Shown: in pieces, positions 20,515 through 29,800 of the stretch
Position numbering within the stretch: position 1 is the first letter of the stretch
Layout of the letters: the number at the start of each line of letters is the position of its first letter
Virus record (IMG/VR): IMGVR_UViG_3300031841_004047
DNA: 64,000 bases
Reading direction: 5' to 3' (one strand)
Source of the DNA: a virus
Made by a program: the position numbers and the translations under genes
Notes under the pieces: model-generated
Told to the model about the DNA's origin: nothing
Databases searched by the model: none
The model's input: the letters and a program-made list of their open reading frames with translations, nothing else

Positions 20515-20543
20515 TTTACTTTACTTTATTTTTAGTGTATAAT
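20515..20543 (+). promoter_or_regulatory. Sigma70-like early/middle promoter for gp55
   Basis: TTTACT-N17-TATAAT. Confidence 0.8.
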
Positions 20544-20572
20544 ATATCTAAATTATGTTTAAGGAATTTGTA

Positions 20573-21169
20573 ATGAGTAAAAAGAAATCAAAGAACGTAC
20601 ATTACATTAACAATCAAGAATTTTCTCAGGCTGTAGTAAACTATGTCACTGAGGTAAAGAAATCTAAAGAAAAAGATGAATCTCTTCCCGTAGTTCCAGA
20701 CTACATAGCGATATCATTTTTAAGAATAGCCGAAAACTTATCACATAAATCTAACTTTATCAGATACACCTATCGTGAAGAAATGGTGATGGATGCTGTA
20801 GAAAACTGTCTTAAAGCAATAGAAAACTACGACATAAATGCTGAGACGAGAACAGGAAAACCAAACGCTTTCGCGTACTTCACACAAATTATTTGGTATG
20901 CTTTCCTGAGAAGAATTCAAAAAGAAAAGAGACAACAGGATATAAAAGAAAAATATCTTTCTCAATCCGGAGTTGAAGCTTTTATAGCCAATGAATTGGC
21001 TGATGACGCTGCTACTCAGGTAGCAACTCACTTCATCGATACTCTTAAAGATAGGATAGATAAAGTAAAAGCTTATGATACTGAGATAAAAGAATTCGCG
21101 AAAACCACCAAAAAGAAAAAGAAAAGAGCGGTTCACGTAGACTCAGACCTTACAGAATTTTTGGAATAA
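20573..21169 (+). CDS. gp55: Late-transcription sigma factor gp55 (ORF open from 20555)
   Basis: HYINNQEF, IAENLSHKSNFIRYTYREEMVMDAVENCL, NAFAYFTQIIWYAFLRRIQKEK. Confidence 0.95.
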   Translation: MSKKKSKNVHYINNQEFSQAVVNYVTEVKKSKEKDESLPVVPDYIAISFLRIAENLSHKSNFIRYTYREEMVMDAVENCLKAIENYDINAETRTGKPNAFAYFTQIIWYAFLRRIQKEKRQQDIKEKYLSQSGVEAFIANELADDAATQVATHFIDTLKDRIDKVKAYDTEIKEFAKTTKKKKKRAVHVDSDLTEFLE

Positions 21170-21172
21170 TAA

Positions 21173-22234
21173 ATGAAGATAGCAGTACTGAATGATACTC
21201 ATTGCGGTATTAGAAACAGCAGTGAAGTTTTTTTGAATAATGCAGCTGATTTTTGGGGAAAAGTATTTTTTCCTCATTGCATTGAGCATGATATTAAACA
21301 CATAGTTCATCTCGGTGATGTCTATGATCATCGTAAGTTCGTTAACTTTAGAGCTCTTAATCATAATCGTAAGCACTTTTTAGATAAGCTTCGTGAAAAC
21401 AAGATGACTATGGACGTCATCCCAGGTAATCATGATACTTATTATAAGAATACGAATGATTTAAATTCTCTTAAAGAACTTCTTGGACACTATATGAATG
21501 AGATCCATATTATTATGGAACCAACAGTTATGGAGTATGGATCTTTAAAGATGGCTCTGCTCCCTTGGATTAATCAAGAAAACTATGAAAAAAGCATTAA
21601 CTTTGTACGAAACTGTAAAGCTGATTGGTTAGGTGGTCATTTAGAACTATCTGGGTTTGATCTTATGAGAGGTGTGGTTAACCATCATGGTATGGACCAT
21701 AAGATATTTGATAGGTTCGAAAAAGTTTTATCTGGTCACTTCCACGTAAAATCACAAAAAGATAATGTCATGTATCTTGGTTCTCAAATGGAGTTCTTCT
21801 GGTCTGATGCTCATGATCCCAAGTATTTTCATGTCATTGACACCGAGACTCGTGAGATAGAAGCCATTCGTAACCCACATACTCTTTATGAAAGAATTCA
21901 CTACGATGATTCTAAAAAAGATTACACCGATATGAATGTGGATTTTGTAGACAATAAATTTGTAAAAATAGTTGTAATAAATAAGCAAGACCTATTTACA
22001 TTTGACCGATTTGTTGATAGAATACAAAATAGGAAGATACATGAACTCAAGATTGCTGAAAACTTTAATGAGTTTATTGGTGAAAACGTTGATGATGAAG
22101 GTGTTTCTGTCGAAGAGACTGAAACTCTTCTGGATAGTTATATTGATGCTGTTGAAACGGATCTGGATAAAGACAAGATCAAAGTAAGCATGCGCAATTT
22201 GTTAAGTGAAGCACAGGCTCTCGAAATAGTATGA
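21173..22234 (+). CDS. gp47: Recombination endonuclease subunit gp47 (Mre11/SbcD-like)
   Basis: DTHCG, HLGDVYD, PGNHD, GHLEL, SGHFH. Confidence 0.96.
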   Translation: MKIAVLNDTHCGIRNSSEVFLNNAADFWGKVFFPHCIEHDIKHIVHLGDVYDHRKFVNFRALNHNRKHFLDKLRENKMTMDVIPGNHDTYYKNTNDLNSLKELLGHYMNEIHIIMEPTVMEYGSLKMALLPWINQENYEKSINFVRNCKADWLGGHLELSGFDLMRGVVNHHGMDHKIFDRFEKVLSGHFHVKSQKDNVMYLGSQMEFFWSDAHDPKYFHVIDTETREIEAIRNPHTLYERIHYDDSKKDYTDMNVDFVDNKFVKIVVINKQDLFTFDRFVDRIQNRKIHELKIAENFNEFIGENVDDEGVSVEETETLLDSYIDAVETDLDKDKIKVSMRNLLSEAQALEIV

Positions 22235-23949
22235 TCGTATTTAAAACTGTTCGTTGGAAAAATTTTCTATCCACCGGTAATAAGTGGACTGAAATTAATC
22301 TAAATAAAGTGAAATCAACTCTTATCGTTGGTCAAAACGGTGCTGGTAAATCAACTTTACTGGATGCTTTATCGTTTGCTCTGTTTGGTAAACCTCACCG
22401 TAACATCAATAAACCTCAGCTTGTAAACACTATTAATAATAAAGACTGTATAGTAGAAGCAGTATTTACTATCGGTTCATCTGAATTCAAAGTAGTACGT
22501 GGTATAAAACCGGGTATCTTTGAGATCTGGAAGAATGGGACAATGATTAATCAATCATCTCATTCCAAAGAGTACCAGAAGGTCCTCGAGCAAAACATCA
22601 TTAAGCTTAATCATAAGAGCTTCCATCAGATTGTTGTGCTTGGTTCCTCCTCCTTTATTCCTTTCATGCAGCTGCCAGCACAGCATAGACGGGATGTTAT
22701 CGAGGACCTTCTGGATATTAATATATTTTCAAAGATGAACCAGCTTATTAAGGAAAAGAACGCCAGTCTTAAAGATAAATTAAAAGATAATGATTACCAG
22801 CTCGATATCGTAAAAAACAAGATAGAAGCTCAACGCAAATATATTCGAGACATCACTCAAATGAATGAGGATGAGATTAATGATAAAAAAGATAAGATCG
22901 CCGAAGTACAAAAGAACATCGAAGACTTACAATATTCAAATGGCGAGCTCTCACATTTTATTCAAGACAGTGCCGAAAACACATCAGAAGCACTTAAAGA
23001 AGCCAATGATGAGAAACAGCGCCTTCTTCACGATAAGGCTACAGCCACATCAGCCATTAAATCAATTGTTAAAGATTCAAAGTTTTATGAAGAGAATGAT
23101 AATTGCCCGACGTGTTCACAAGTTATCGACCCAGAACTTAAATCCAAAAAGATCGAGGAGTGTAAACATGATGCTCATGAGATCAAAAAGCAGATGGATG
23201 CTCTCCAAGAAAAAAGTAAAGAGCTAACCGAAAGACTAGACTATTGGAATGCTCAAGCAGAAAAGCTTAGAGAGTTTCAATCTAAGATAAACGGTAACAA
23301 TCAAACCATTACATCTTTACAAAAACAAATATTCGGTTTGAATAAAGACATTGAAAGACTTACCGCTAAGGAGGGTGATATCGGCGAAGCTAATAAAGAC
23401 CTTCAAGAAATGAATGATGATCGTAACTCTCGTATGGAAGAAAAGCTCAAGCTTAACGAAGAGTATTCTTATAACATGGTCATGTCTGAGATGCTGAAAG
23501 ATACTGGTATCAAGACCAAAGTAATCAAGCAGTATATTCCAATCATAAATAAGCTAGTCAACCAGTACCTACAAGTTCTTGATTTTTTCGTACACTTTAA
23601 CTTAGATGAAAGTTTTCAAGAAACTATACGTTCAAGACATCGGGATGCTTTCTCCTATGATTCTTTTTCTGAAGGAGAAAAACAAAGAATTGATTTGGCT
23701 CTATTATTTACATGGCGCCAGATTGCTAAGATGAAAAATTCAGTAGCCACGAATTTGCTCATTCTTGATGAAACGTTCGACTCATCTCTCGATCATGATG
23801 GTGTAGACAATCTTATGAAAATTCTATACACACTTGGTGAGGATACGAATGTATTTGTCATATCTCATAAGGGAGAAATACTTGACGGGAAATTCGCAGA
23901 AAAAATAGAATTTATGAAAGAGAAAAACTTTAGCAAAATGGTGGCATAA
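22231..23949 (+). CDS. gp46: Recombination ATPase subunit gp46 (Rad50/SbcC-like)
   Basis: GQNGAGKST, zinc hook CPTC, FSEGEKQRIDLALL, LILDETFDSSLD. Confidence 0.97.
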   Translation: MIVFKTVRWKNFLSTGNKWTEINLNKVKSTLIVGQNGAGKSTLLDALSFALFGKPHRNINKPQLVNTINNKDCIVEAVFTIGSSEFKVVRGIKPGIFEIWKNGTMINQSSHSKEYQKVLEQNIIKLNHKSFHQIVVLGSSSFIPFMQLPAQHRRDVIEDLLDINIFSKMNQLIKEKNASLKDKLKDNDYQLDIVKNKIEAQRKYIRDITQMNEDEINDKKDKIAEVQKNIEDLQYSNGELSHFIQDSAENTSEALKEANDEKQRLLHDKATATSAIKSIVKDSKFYEENDNCPTCSQVIDPELKSKKIEECKHDAHEIKKQMDALQEKSKELTERLDYWNAQAEKLREFQSKINGNNQTITSLQKQIFGLNKDIERLTAKEGDIGEANKDLQEMNDDRNSRMEEKLKLNEEYSYNMVMSEMLKDTGIKTKVIKQYIPIINKLVNQYLQVLDFFVHFNLDESFQETIRSRHRDAFSYDSFSEGEKQRIDLALLFTWRQIAKMKNSVATNLLILDETFDSSLDHDGVDNLMKILYTLGEDTNVFVISHKGEILDGKFAEKIEFMKEKNFSKMVA

Positions 23950-24089
23950 TGAGTCAAAATTACTGTACTACAAAAGGTTTAGGATGGGCTGTTCTTATAT
24001 CAGTCTTTATCATATTAGGTATTCCAATTATTATTAATTTGTTAGCTTGGCCTGACGTTGGTGTGTGGACTTTGTTCAATGACGCCTAG
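23949..24089 (+). CDS. Small membrane protein (46 aa, below ORF-track cut-off)
   Basis: MSQNYCTTKGLGWAVLISVFIILGIPIIINLLAWPDVGVWTLFNDA; TAATG-coupled to gp46; one hydrophobic helix. Confidence 0.6.
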   Translation: MSQNYCTTKGLGWAVLISVFIILGIPIIINLLAWPDVGVWTLFNDA

Positions 24090-24282
24090 AGAAGAAGCAC
24101 AGAAAGAAGCGGAAAAAACTTTTGAGTTGTTTATGCTTTGGACAAAGAGAGCCACAATTTATAGTATTTTGTTTTTGATGGTAGTTGTTTTTGGATGTAA
24201 CAGTGGTGTAGAAACAGGACCAGATAAAACTGGCTCACAATATAATGGTGAGGTTTATGCTCCCATGAATGTAGGAGATTAA
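24079..24282 (+). CDS. Small membrane protein resembling aa3-type cytochrome c oxidase subunit IV
   Basis: EAEKTFELFMLWTKRATIYSILFLMVVVFGCNS resembles the alphaproteobacterial EKTF-helix subunit IV pattern. Confidence 0.45.
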   Translation: MTPREEAQKEAEKTFELFMLWTKRATIYSILFLMVVVFGCNSGVETGPDKTGSQYNGEVYAPMNVGD

Positions 24283-24284
24283 TA

Positions 24285-25487
24285 ATGCCAAATATTGAGA
24301 TTACAACTAACCCCACAGGTAGAAGTCCAGAAAACAAATATCATTTTGGTACATTGACTAGAGAGCTAGATAAATCAAGACCGAAATATTATAAAATTGG
24401 TGATGAAGCTGATTACTACGAATTTTATAAAGATTTAAAAAATGATGATTGTTATAAGCATGATATAGAATTTGAAACTTGTGGGTATAGGTTTCGTGTT
24501 GTGACAAATGATGACAGACACGCACAGTTTGTTCGTAATATGTTTACGCCCGTTATAAAAGGTAAGATTCCAGATTGGAATATTATTCACAACACGAATT
24601 TAGAAATGGATCCAAAGATTTATGTGCATCTTGATAAGCAAGAAATGCTTATTGCTGGAACAACCTTTCTTGGTGAAATTAAAAAAGGTGTGTTTGGTAT
24701 AATAAGTTTTCTTTTACCTAAGAACGGTGTACTACCAATGCATTGTAGCGCATTTACATATAAAGATACTACGAACCTAATGTTTGGATTAAGTGGAACT
24801 GGAAAAACAACGCTTAGCAGCGATCCTGACTTCAATCTTATTGGAGATGATGAAATTTCTTGGAATCATTATGGAATTGAAATGGTTGAAACCGGTTGTT
24901 ATGCTAAAAGTGAAGGTTTAACTCCAGAAACACACAAGACCATTTTTGATGCTGTTGAGTTGGCCAGAAAAAGAGAAACACTTGTGATAGAGAATCCCGG
25001 TGTACCAAACGCTAGATTGAGTTATCCAATAGACTGCGTTGAAAATTCTCATAGACTACAAAGAGAATTTGAACACCCAAATAACATCTTCTTTTTAACT
25101 ATGGATGCAAAGGGATTATTTCCACCAGTAAGTAAAATTAAAGGAGACACGGTTAGAAGATTTTTTGAAACTGGATACACTAGCCAGATGCCGGGAACAG
25201 AAGCTGGTAGTAATGAAATTAAAGCCATATTCAGTCCATGTTATGGTTCACCCTTTATGCCAAGAAAGATAGAAGAATATAGTGATCTTCTTATGCAAAA
25301 AATTCATGCTAATGAGTGTAATGTTTTTCTCATAAATACTGGAATGGATAAAGCCGGTAAGCGCTATCCTCTTCCATTTACTCGCGATTGTGTTAAAAAT
25401 GCTATTTTGAGAGGAGCCACTGATAATAGTCAAGAGTGTTTAAAAATATTGGAAAATCTATTAAATGATAGTTTACAAGCAGCTTAA
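24285..25487 (+). CDS. pckA: Phosphoenolpyruvate carboxykinase (ATP), compact form
   Basis: TGRSPENKY, GEIKKG, MHCSA, GLSGTGKTTLS, LIGDDE, GCYAK, NARLSYP, FSPCYGSPF, FLINTG. Confidence 0.92.
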   Translation: MPNIEITTNPTGRSPENKYHFGTLTRELDKSRPKYYKIGDEADYYEFYKDLKNDDCYKHDIEFETCGYRFRVVTNDDRHAQFVRNMFTPVIKGKIPDWNIIHNTNLEMDPKIYVHLDKQEMLIAGTTFLGEIKKGVFGIISFLLPKNGVLPMHCSAFTYKDTTNLMFGLSGTGKTTLSSDPDFNLIGDDEISWNHYGIEMVETGCYAKSEGLTPETHKTIFDAVELARKRETLVIENPGVPNARLSYPIDCVENSHRLQREFEHPNNIFFLTMDAKGLFPPVSKIKGDTVRRFFETGYTSQMPGTEAGSNEIKAIFSPCYGSPFMPRKIEEYSDLLMQKIHANECNVFLINTGMDKAGKRYPLPFTRDCVKNAILRGATDNSQECLKILENLLNDSLQAA

Positions 25488-25500
25488 AATAGTTTATAAT
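25472..25500 (+). promoter_or_regulatory. Early/middle promoter for gp45
   Basis: TTTACA-N17-TATAAT; -35 lies in the last codons of pckA. Confidence 0.8.
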
Positions 25501-25531
25501 AGTTTTATGATTTACAAAGGAGAAATATATA

Positions 25532-26206
25532 ATGGAACTCAGTGATTCAACACTGCAGGTATTGAAGAACTATGCCTCTATCAATTCTAATCTCGTGGTT
25601 GAAGAAGGTAATACTCTTCAAACTATTTCTGAGGCTAAAAATGTTCTTTCAAAATCTACTATCAGTGAAGTGTTTCCTTCTAGGTTTGGCATTTATGATT
25701 TAAACGAATTCTTAAATGTGCTTGGTCTAGTTGATAGACCTCGTTTAAAATTTGAAGACAACTCCGTGCTCATTGGAGATTCTACTGGTAGGTCAAAAGT
25801 ACGTTACTACTTCTCAGACACAGAGATGCTCACAGCACCGTCTAAAGAAGTGAAGATGCCAGACACAGACGTAAGGTTCTCTCTTGATAACGACACCTTA
25901 AATAAAATCAAACGTGCGGCTTCAGCTCTTGGTCATAATGAACTTCAAGTATCACCAAGTGGAGGTGTGGTATCTCTTACCGTTACTTCTACTGAAAACT
26001 CAACCGCAAATTCTTTTTCTATTGACGTGGAGGGCTCTGCAAACATTGATAAATACAACTTTATATTTAACATCTCAAACCTTAAAATGACTCCAGGTAA
26101 TTATGAGGTTGAGATATCATCTAAACTAATTTCGAAGTTTACCAATACTGAAACTGACTTGAAGTATTGGATCGCTCTTGAAAAGACATCAACATACGGA
26201 GAATAA
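25532..26206 (+). CDS. gp45: Sliding clamp gp45
   Basis: LKNYASINSNL, FGIYDLNEFL, GNYEVEISSK, YWIALE. Confidence 0.95.
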   Translation: MELSDSTLQVLKNYASINSNLVVEEGNTLQTISEAKNVLSKSTISEVFPSRFGIYDLNEFLNVLGLVDRPRLKFEDNSVLIGDSTGRSKVRYYFSDTEMLTAPSKEVKMPDTDVRFSLDNDTLNKIKRAASALGHNELQVSPSGGVVSLTVTSTENSTANSFSIDVEGSANIDKYNFIFNISNLKMTPGNYEVEISSKLISKFTNTETDLKYWIALEKTSTYGE

Positions 26207-26209
26207 TTA

Positions 26210-26410
26210 ATGTTTGATAATGAAGATCAAAAACGTGCAATGGAACTAATGAATCAAATCTCACGTAGCACTATTGCTATCATTGATACAATTACTCAGC
26301 GTGGTGGTTTCCGCGGTGAAGAACTTTCAACCATCGGTAACCTACGTGATCAGTGTACACAGGGTGTACAAATTGTAGAAGCTTGGAAACAGGAACAAGC
26401 TGAAGAGTAA
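26210..26410 (+). CDS. Hypothetical protein
   Basis: 66-aa ORF with GGAG RBS; IIDTITQRGGFRGEELSTIG. Confidence 0.75.
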   Translation: MFDNEDQKRAMELMNQISRSTIAIIDTITQRGGFRGEELSTIGNLRDQCTQGVQIVEAWKQEQAEE

Positions 26411-26427
26411 AGGGATAGTTTTATATT

Positions 26428-27366
26428 ATGAATGATGATTTCTTGTGGGTTGAAAAATATCGGCCACAGACTATTGAACAAACTATCTTACCAGAAAAAC
26501 TAAAAACTATATTTAAGAATATTGTCAAGTCTGGCGAAGTACCGAATATGTTATTTAGCGGTACTGCTGGCCTTGGTAAAACTACTGTTGCAAAAGCAAT
26601 GTGTAATGAGTTAGATCTCGATTATATTCTTGTTAACGGTTCAGAAGAAGGCAATATTGATACTCTTCGCACGAAGATAAAACAATTTGCCTCTTCTGTT
26701 TCTTTATCTGGTGGATACAAAGTAGTAATACTTGATGAAGCGGATTATCTTAATCCTCAATCAACACAACCCGCTCTTCGTGGATTCATTGAAGAATTTG
26801 CAAATAACTGCAGGTTTATTCTTACTTGTAATTTTAAAAATAGAATTATCGAACCTCTACATTCTAGATGTTCAGTATACGAATTCAATACAAGTAAGAA
26901 GGATATGGCACCCTTAGCCGGACAAATGATGTCCAGACTAAAAGACATTCTTGAAAAAGAAAATGTTGAATATGAAGATAAAGTACTCGCCAATCTAATT
27001 ATGAAGTACGGTCCGGATTGGAGAAGAGTATTAAATGAGTGTCAAAGGTATTCTATAGGTGGAAGAATTGATTCCGGTATTCTGATTAATATCGGGGACG
27101 AATCTTTTCAGAATCTTTTTTCGTTTTTAAAAACCAAAGACTTTAAGAAGATGAGGTCTTGGGTCGTAAACAACATCGACACTGATGCATCGTCTATATT
27201 TCGCGGTCTTTACGATAGAATGTATGATTCCGTAAAGCCTCATTTCATTCCTCAACTGGTTTTAATACTAGCTGACTACCAGTATAAGAATGCTTTTGTT
27301 GCAGATCATGAGTTGAACGTAGTGGCGTGTATGACTGAAATTATGGCTAACGTGGAGTTTAATTAA
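26428..27366 (+). CDS. gp44: Clamp loader ATPase subunit gp44
   Basis: LWVEKYRPQ, GTAGLGKTT, ILDEAD, IIEPLHSRC. Confidence 0.96.
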   Translation: MNDDFLWVEKYRPQTIEQTILPEKLKTIFKNIVKSGEVPNMLFSGTAGLGKTTVAKAMCNELDLDYILVNGSEEGNIDTLRTKIKQFASSVSLSGGYKVVILDEADYLNPQSTQPALRGFIEEFANNCRFILTCNFKNRIIEPLHSRCSVYEFNTSKKDMAPLAGQMMSRLKDILEKENVEYEDKVLANLIMKYGPDWRRVLNECQRYSIGGRIDSGILINIGDESFQNLFSFLKTKDFKKMRSWVVNNIDTDASSIFRGLYDRMYDSVKPHFIPQLVLILADYQYKNAFVADHELNVVACMTEIMANVEFN

Positions 27367-27974
27367 TGGTAAAGTATGAAGGATTAGACAACGCAGTAAT
27401 CTTTGATTTTGAAACGTTATCTCAAGATCAAATGAACGGTGTAGTGGTATCCATGGCCATGTTAACTTTTTCTGAGACAAGGTTTATTGGAGACTTAGCA
27501 TATACTTTTGATGAGTTAGTTAAAAACACTCACTTAATTAAATTTAATGTTGAGGAACAAGTAAAAAAGTTTGGAAGAAAGATTGATAAATCAACTCTCG
27601 AATGGTGGAACAAACAGGGTGAATTAGCTAAAAAGCAGCTAGCTCCTAGTGAAGAAGATGTTTCAATATCTGAACTCTATCAGTTTTTTATCATAAATAA
27701 AAGAGTAAATGTTAAGAAAGTATACACTCGCGGCAATACTTTCGATCCAATTATTATGGAGCATATTCTCAAACAATTTGATAGACCTATGCCATACGAA
27801 TGGTGGGAAGTTCGTGATACAAGATCTCTTATAGAAGGTCTATCTTGGGGTACAGATCTAAATAATAGCTTCATGCCTCCTAACTGTGAATCGTTTATAC
27901 ACCATGATCCAAGACACGACATCGCTCTTGATGTTATGAGAATGCAAACACTAGTACAGGCTATCAATGAATGA
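27366..27974 (+). CDS. DEDD 3'-5' exonuclease (DexA-like)
   Basis: IFDFETLS, RGNTFDP, RDTRS, HDPRHDIALD. Confidence 0.8.
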   Translation: MVKYEGLDNAVIFDFETLSQDQMNGVVVSMAMLTFSETRFIGDLAYTFDELVKNTHLIKFNVEEQVKKFGRKIDKSTLEWWNKQGELAKKQLAPSEEDVSISELYQFFIINKRVNVKKVYTRGNTFDPIIMEHILKQFDRPMPYEWWEVRDTRSLIEGLSWGTDLNNSFMPPNCESFIHHDPRHDIALDVMRMQTLVQAINE

Positions 27975-28351
27975 ATCATTTTGACTTCTTAAATTCTATT
28001 AATTCTACTAAAGAAAATATAATGAAAGATGATTTGGATGAAAAAGCTTATAGTAGCTTTATGGTGAACAGAGGCTTGTCATACTTCAATGATACAGTAA
28101 TTTATGCAAATGAAATGAACAAGTACTCTCATCTTGATTCTAAACTTCAATATGATTTTTTACGACACATTGTTAGAAAAAGAAAAAGATTTTCTAAATG
28201 GAATAAAGCAGATAAGATGCCAGATGTTGAAGTTGTTTCTAAATACTATGGATACTCAAAACAAAAATCTATTGAAGCTTTAAAAGTCTTAAATCAAGAT
28301 CAACTACAAGTTTTACGTAAAAAAGTCAGCAAGGGTGGAAGAAATCCTTAA
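27971..28351 (+). CDS. gp62: Clamp loader small subunit gp62
   Basis: FDFLNSIN, Y.SFMVNRGLSYF.DT, ANEMN, RKRKRFSKW. Confidence 0.9.
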   Translation: MNHFDFLNSINSTKENIMKDDLDEKAYSSFMVNRGLSYFNDTVIYANEMNKYSHLDSKLQYDFLRHIVRKRKRFSKWNKADKMPDVEVVSKYYGYSKQKSIEALKVLNQDQLQVLRKKVSKGGRNP

Positions 28352-28362
28352 AACTCAAATTT

Positions 28363-28370
28363 TATAAATA
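28363..28370 (+). promoter_or_regulatory. T4-type late promoter upstream of regA
   Basis: TATAAATA. Confidence 0.7.
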
Positions 28371-28422
28371 TATCTATCATGAATGATAATCATGAGTAAT
28401 ATAATAAAAAGTGAGTTGAAAT

Positions 28423-28836
28423 ATGACTGAATCTGAAATACTAGTGGAGTGGTCTCCAGATATAATGCTGGAAGTAACACTCAATGAGCCGGATGATTTT
28501 TTAAAGGTAAGGGAAACTCTTACACGTATCGGCGTAGCATCAAGAAAAGATAAAAAGCTGTATCAATCTTGCCATATACTTCATAAGCAAGGTAGATACT
28601 TTATCGTACACTTCAAAGAATTGTTTTTATTGGATGGTAAAAAAGCTAACCTCGAAGAGTCTGATATAGCTAGAAGAAATACCATTGCAACATTAATGTC
28701 AGACTGGGGTTTAGTAACCATTGATAATTTAGAAAAGGTTCAGCCGCTTTCACCACTGAGACAAATAAAAATTATTTCTTATAAAGAAAAAGATCAATGG
28801 GAATTATGCCCGAAGTATAATATCGGAAAAAAATGA
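28423..28836 (+). CDS. regA: Translational repressor RegA
   Basis: PDDFLKVRETLTRIGVAS, LYQSCHILHKQGRYFIVHFKELF. Confidence 0.97.
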   Translation: MTESEILVEWSPDIMLEVTLNEPDDFLKVRETLTRIGVASRKDKKLYQSCHILHKQGRYFIVHFKELFLLDGKKANLEESDIARRNTIATLMSDWGLVTIDNLEKVQPLSPLRQIKIISYKEKDQWELCPKYNIGKK

Positions 28837-28846
28837 ATAAGGGCTA

Positions 28847-28888
28847 TTTACTTTCGTAATGGCTTGTGATATAATTAATGTATAAATA
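28847..28888 (+). promoter_or_regulatory. Tandem early (TTTACT-N17-TATAAT, 28847-28875) and late (TATAAATA, 28881-28888) promoters for hsp20
   Basis: Both consensus elements present with correct spacing. Confidence 0.8.
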
Positions 28889-28893
28889 ATCTT

Positions 28894-28952
28894 GTAATGC
28901 GGAGTATTCCGGTTACACTCTAATCTTGCTTGTATAAAAGGAGATAACTATG
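28894..28952 (+). promoter_or_regulatory. ROSE-like RNA thermometer in the hsp20 5'UTR
   Basis: Hairpin GTAAT-G-CGGA/GTAT/TCCG-GTTAC, then UCUU-G-CUU pairing with the SD AAGGAGA with a bulged G (UUGCU motif). Confidence 0.6.
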
Positions 28953-29420
28953 ACAGGCTTACAAACACTTTTTCCACGTTCATCTTTTGTTGGTTTTGAC
29001 CATTTGTTTAATGAACTAGAGTTCACAGCAAAGCACGCACAAGATCATTATCCACCCCATAATATTATTAAGACCGATGAGAACGATTACCTCATTGAGC
29101 TTGCTATTGCTGGGTTTACGAGAGATGAAATTACAGTAGAGGTCAAAGACCGAACACTGACAGTTACAGGAGAACACGTGTCCAAAGGTCGTGAGTTTAT
29201 TCATCGTGGTATTTCGACGAAGAAGTTTAAACGCACGTTCCGGCTGTCCGAACATGTAAATGTACTCGGAGCAGATATTCAGGATGGAATACTTGCAATA
29301 GAATTGAAGTATATCATTCCCGAAGAAATGCGTCCTCGTAAAATCGAAATCGGTAAAGCGAGGAATTTAAATGACACAGGCAGTATTAGTAGCCCACAGC
29401 TACTTAACGAAGACGGTTGA
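28950..29420 (+). CDS. hsp20: Small heat-shock protein Hsp20 (IbpA-like)
   Basis: FVGFDHLF, YPPHNIIK, IELAIAGF, HRGISTKKFKRTFRL, GADIQDGIL. Confidence 0.95.
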   Translation: MTGLQTLFPRSSFVGFDHLFNELEFTAKHAQDHYPPHNIIKTDENDYLIELAIAGFTRDEITVEVKDRTLTVTGEHVSKGREFIHRGISTKKFKRTFRLSEHVNVLGADIQDGILAIELKYIIPEEMRPRKIEIGKARNLNDTGSISSPQLLNEDG

Positions 29421-29601
29421 ACTCATCTTTGATTTTTTTAAATCAATTGATGAAGCAAGACAGAGAAGAAAAATAGTAAAACAAACCATCAGAGAATTGT
29501 CATCTTTGAACGACAGAGAATTGACAGACATCGGAATTTCAAGAAGCGATATCTTGCATATTGCTCACAGTAAGAATCCAAACTTGAAAGGATGGGTGTA
29601 A
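29371..29601 (+). CDS. DUF1127 small protein
   Basis: RQRRKIVKQTIRELSSLNDRELTDIGISRSDI matches the DUF1127 signature; GAGGA RBS. Confidence 0.85.
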   Translation: MTQAVLVAHSYLTKTVELIFDFFKSIDEARQRRKIVKQTIRELSSLNDRELTDIGISRSDILHIAHSKNPNLKGWV

Positions 29602-29792
29602 TGATTGCTAAAACAACACACTATTGGTGGTCATTGAAAGAAGAACTAATTAATATCTTCTCATCTATGTTTTCTGGTTTTATGAGAACAGCAGAAGTCA
29701 TTGGTTACACACGAGCAGCTTCAGAGCTTGCTAGAATGGGTTACCATGAACAAGCAAAAGAAGTTATGATGCAAATCAGAAAATTAAAATAA
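29601..29792 (+). CDS. Hypothetical protein
   Basis: TAATG-coupled; GYTRAASELARMGYHEQAK. Confidence 0.7.
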   Translation: MIAKTTHYWWSLKEELINIFSSMFSGFMRTAEVIGYTRAASELARMGYHEQAKEVMMQIRKLK

Positions 29793-29800
29793 ATAATATT

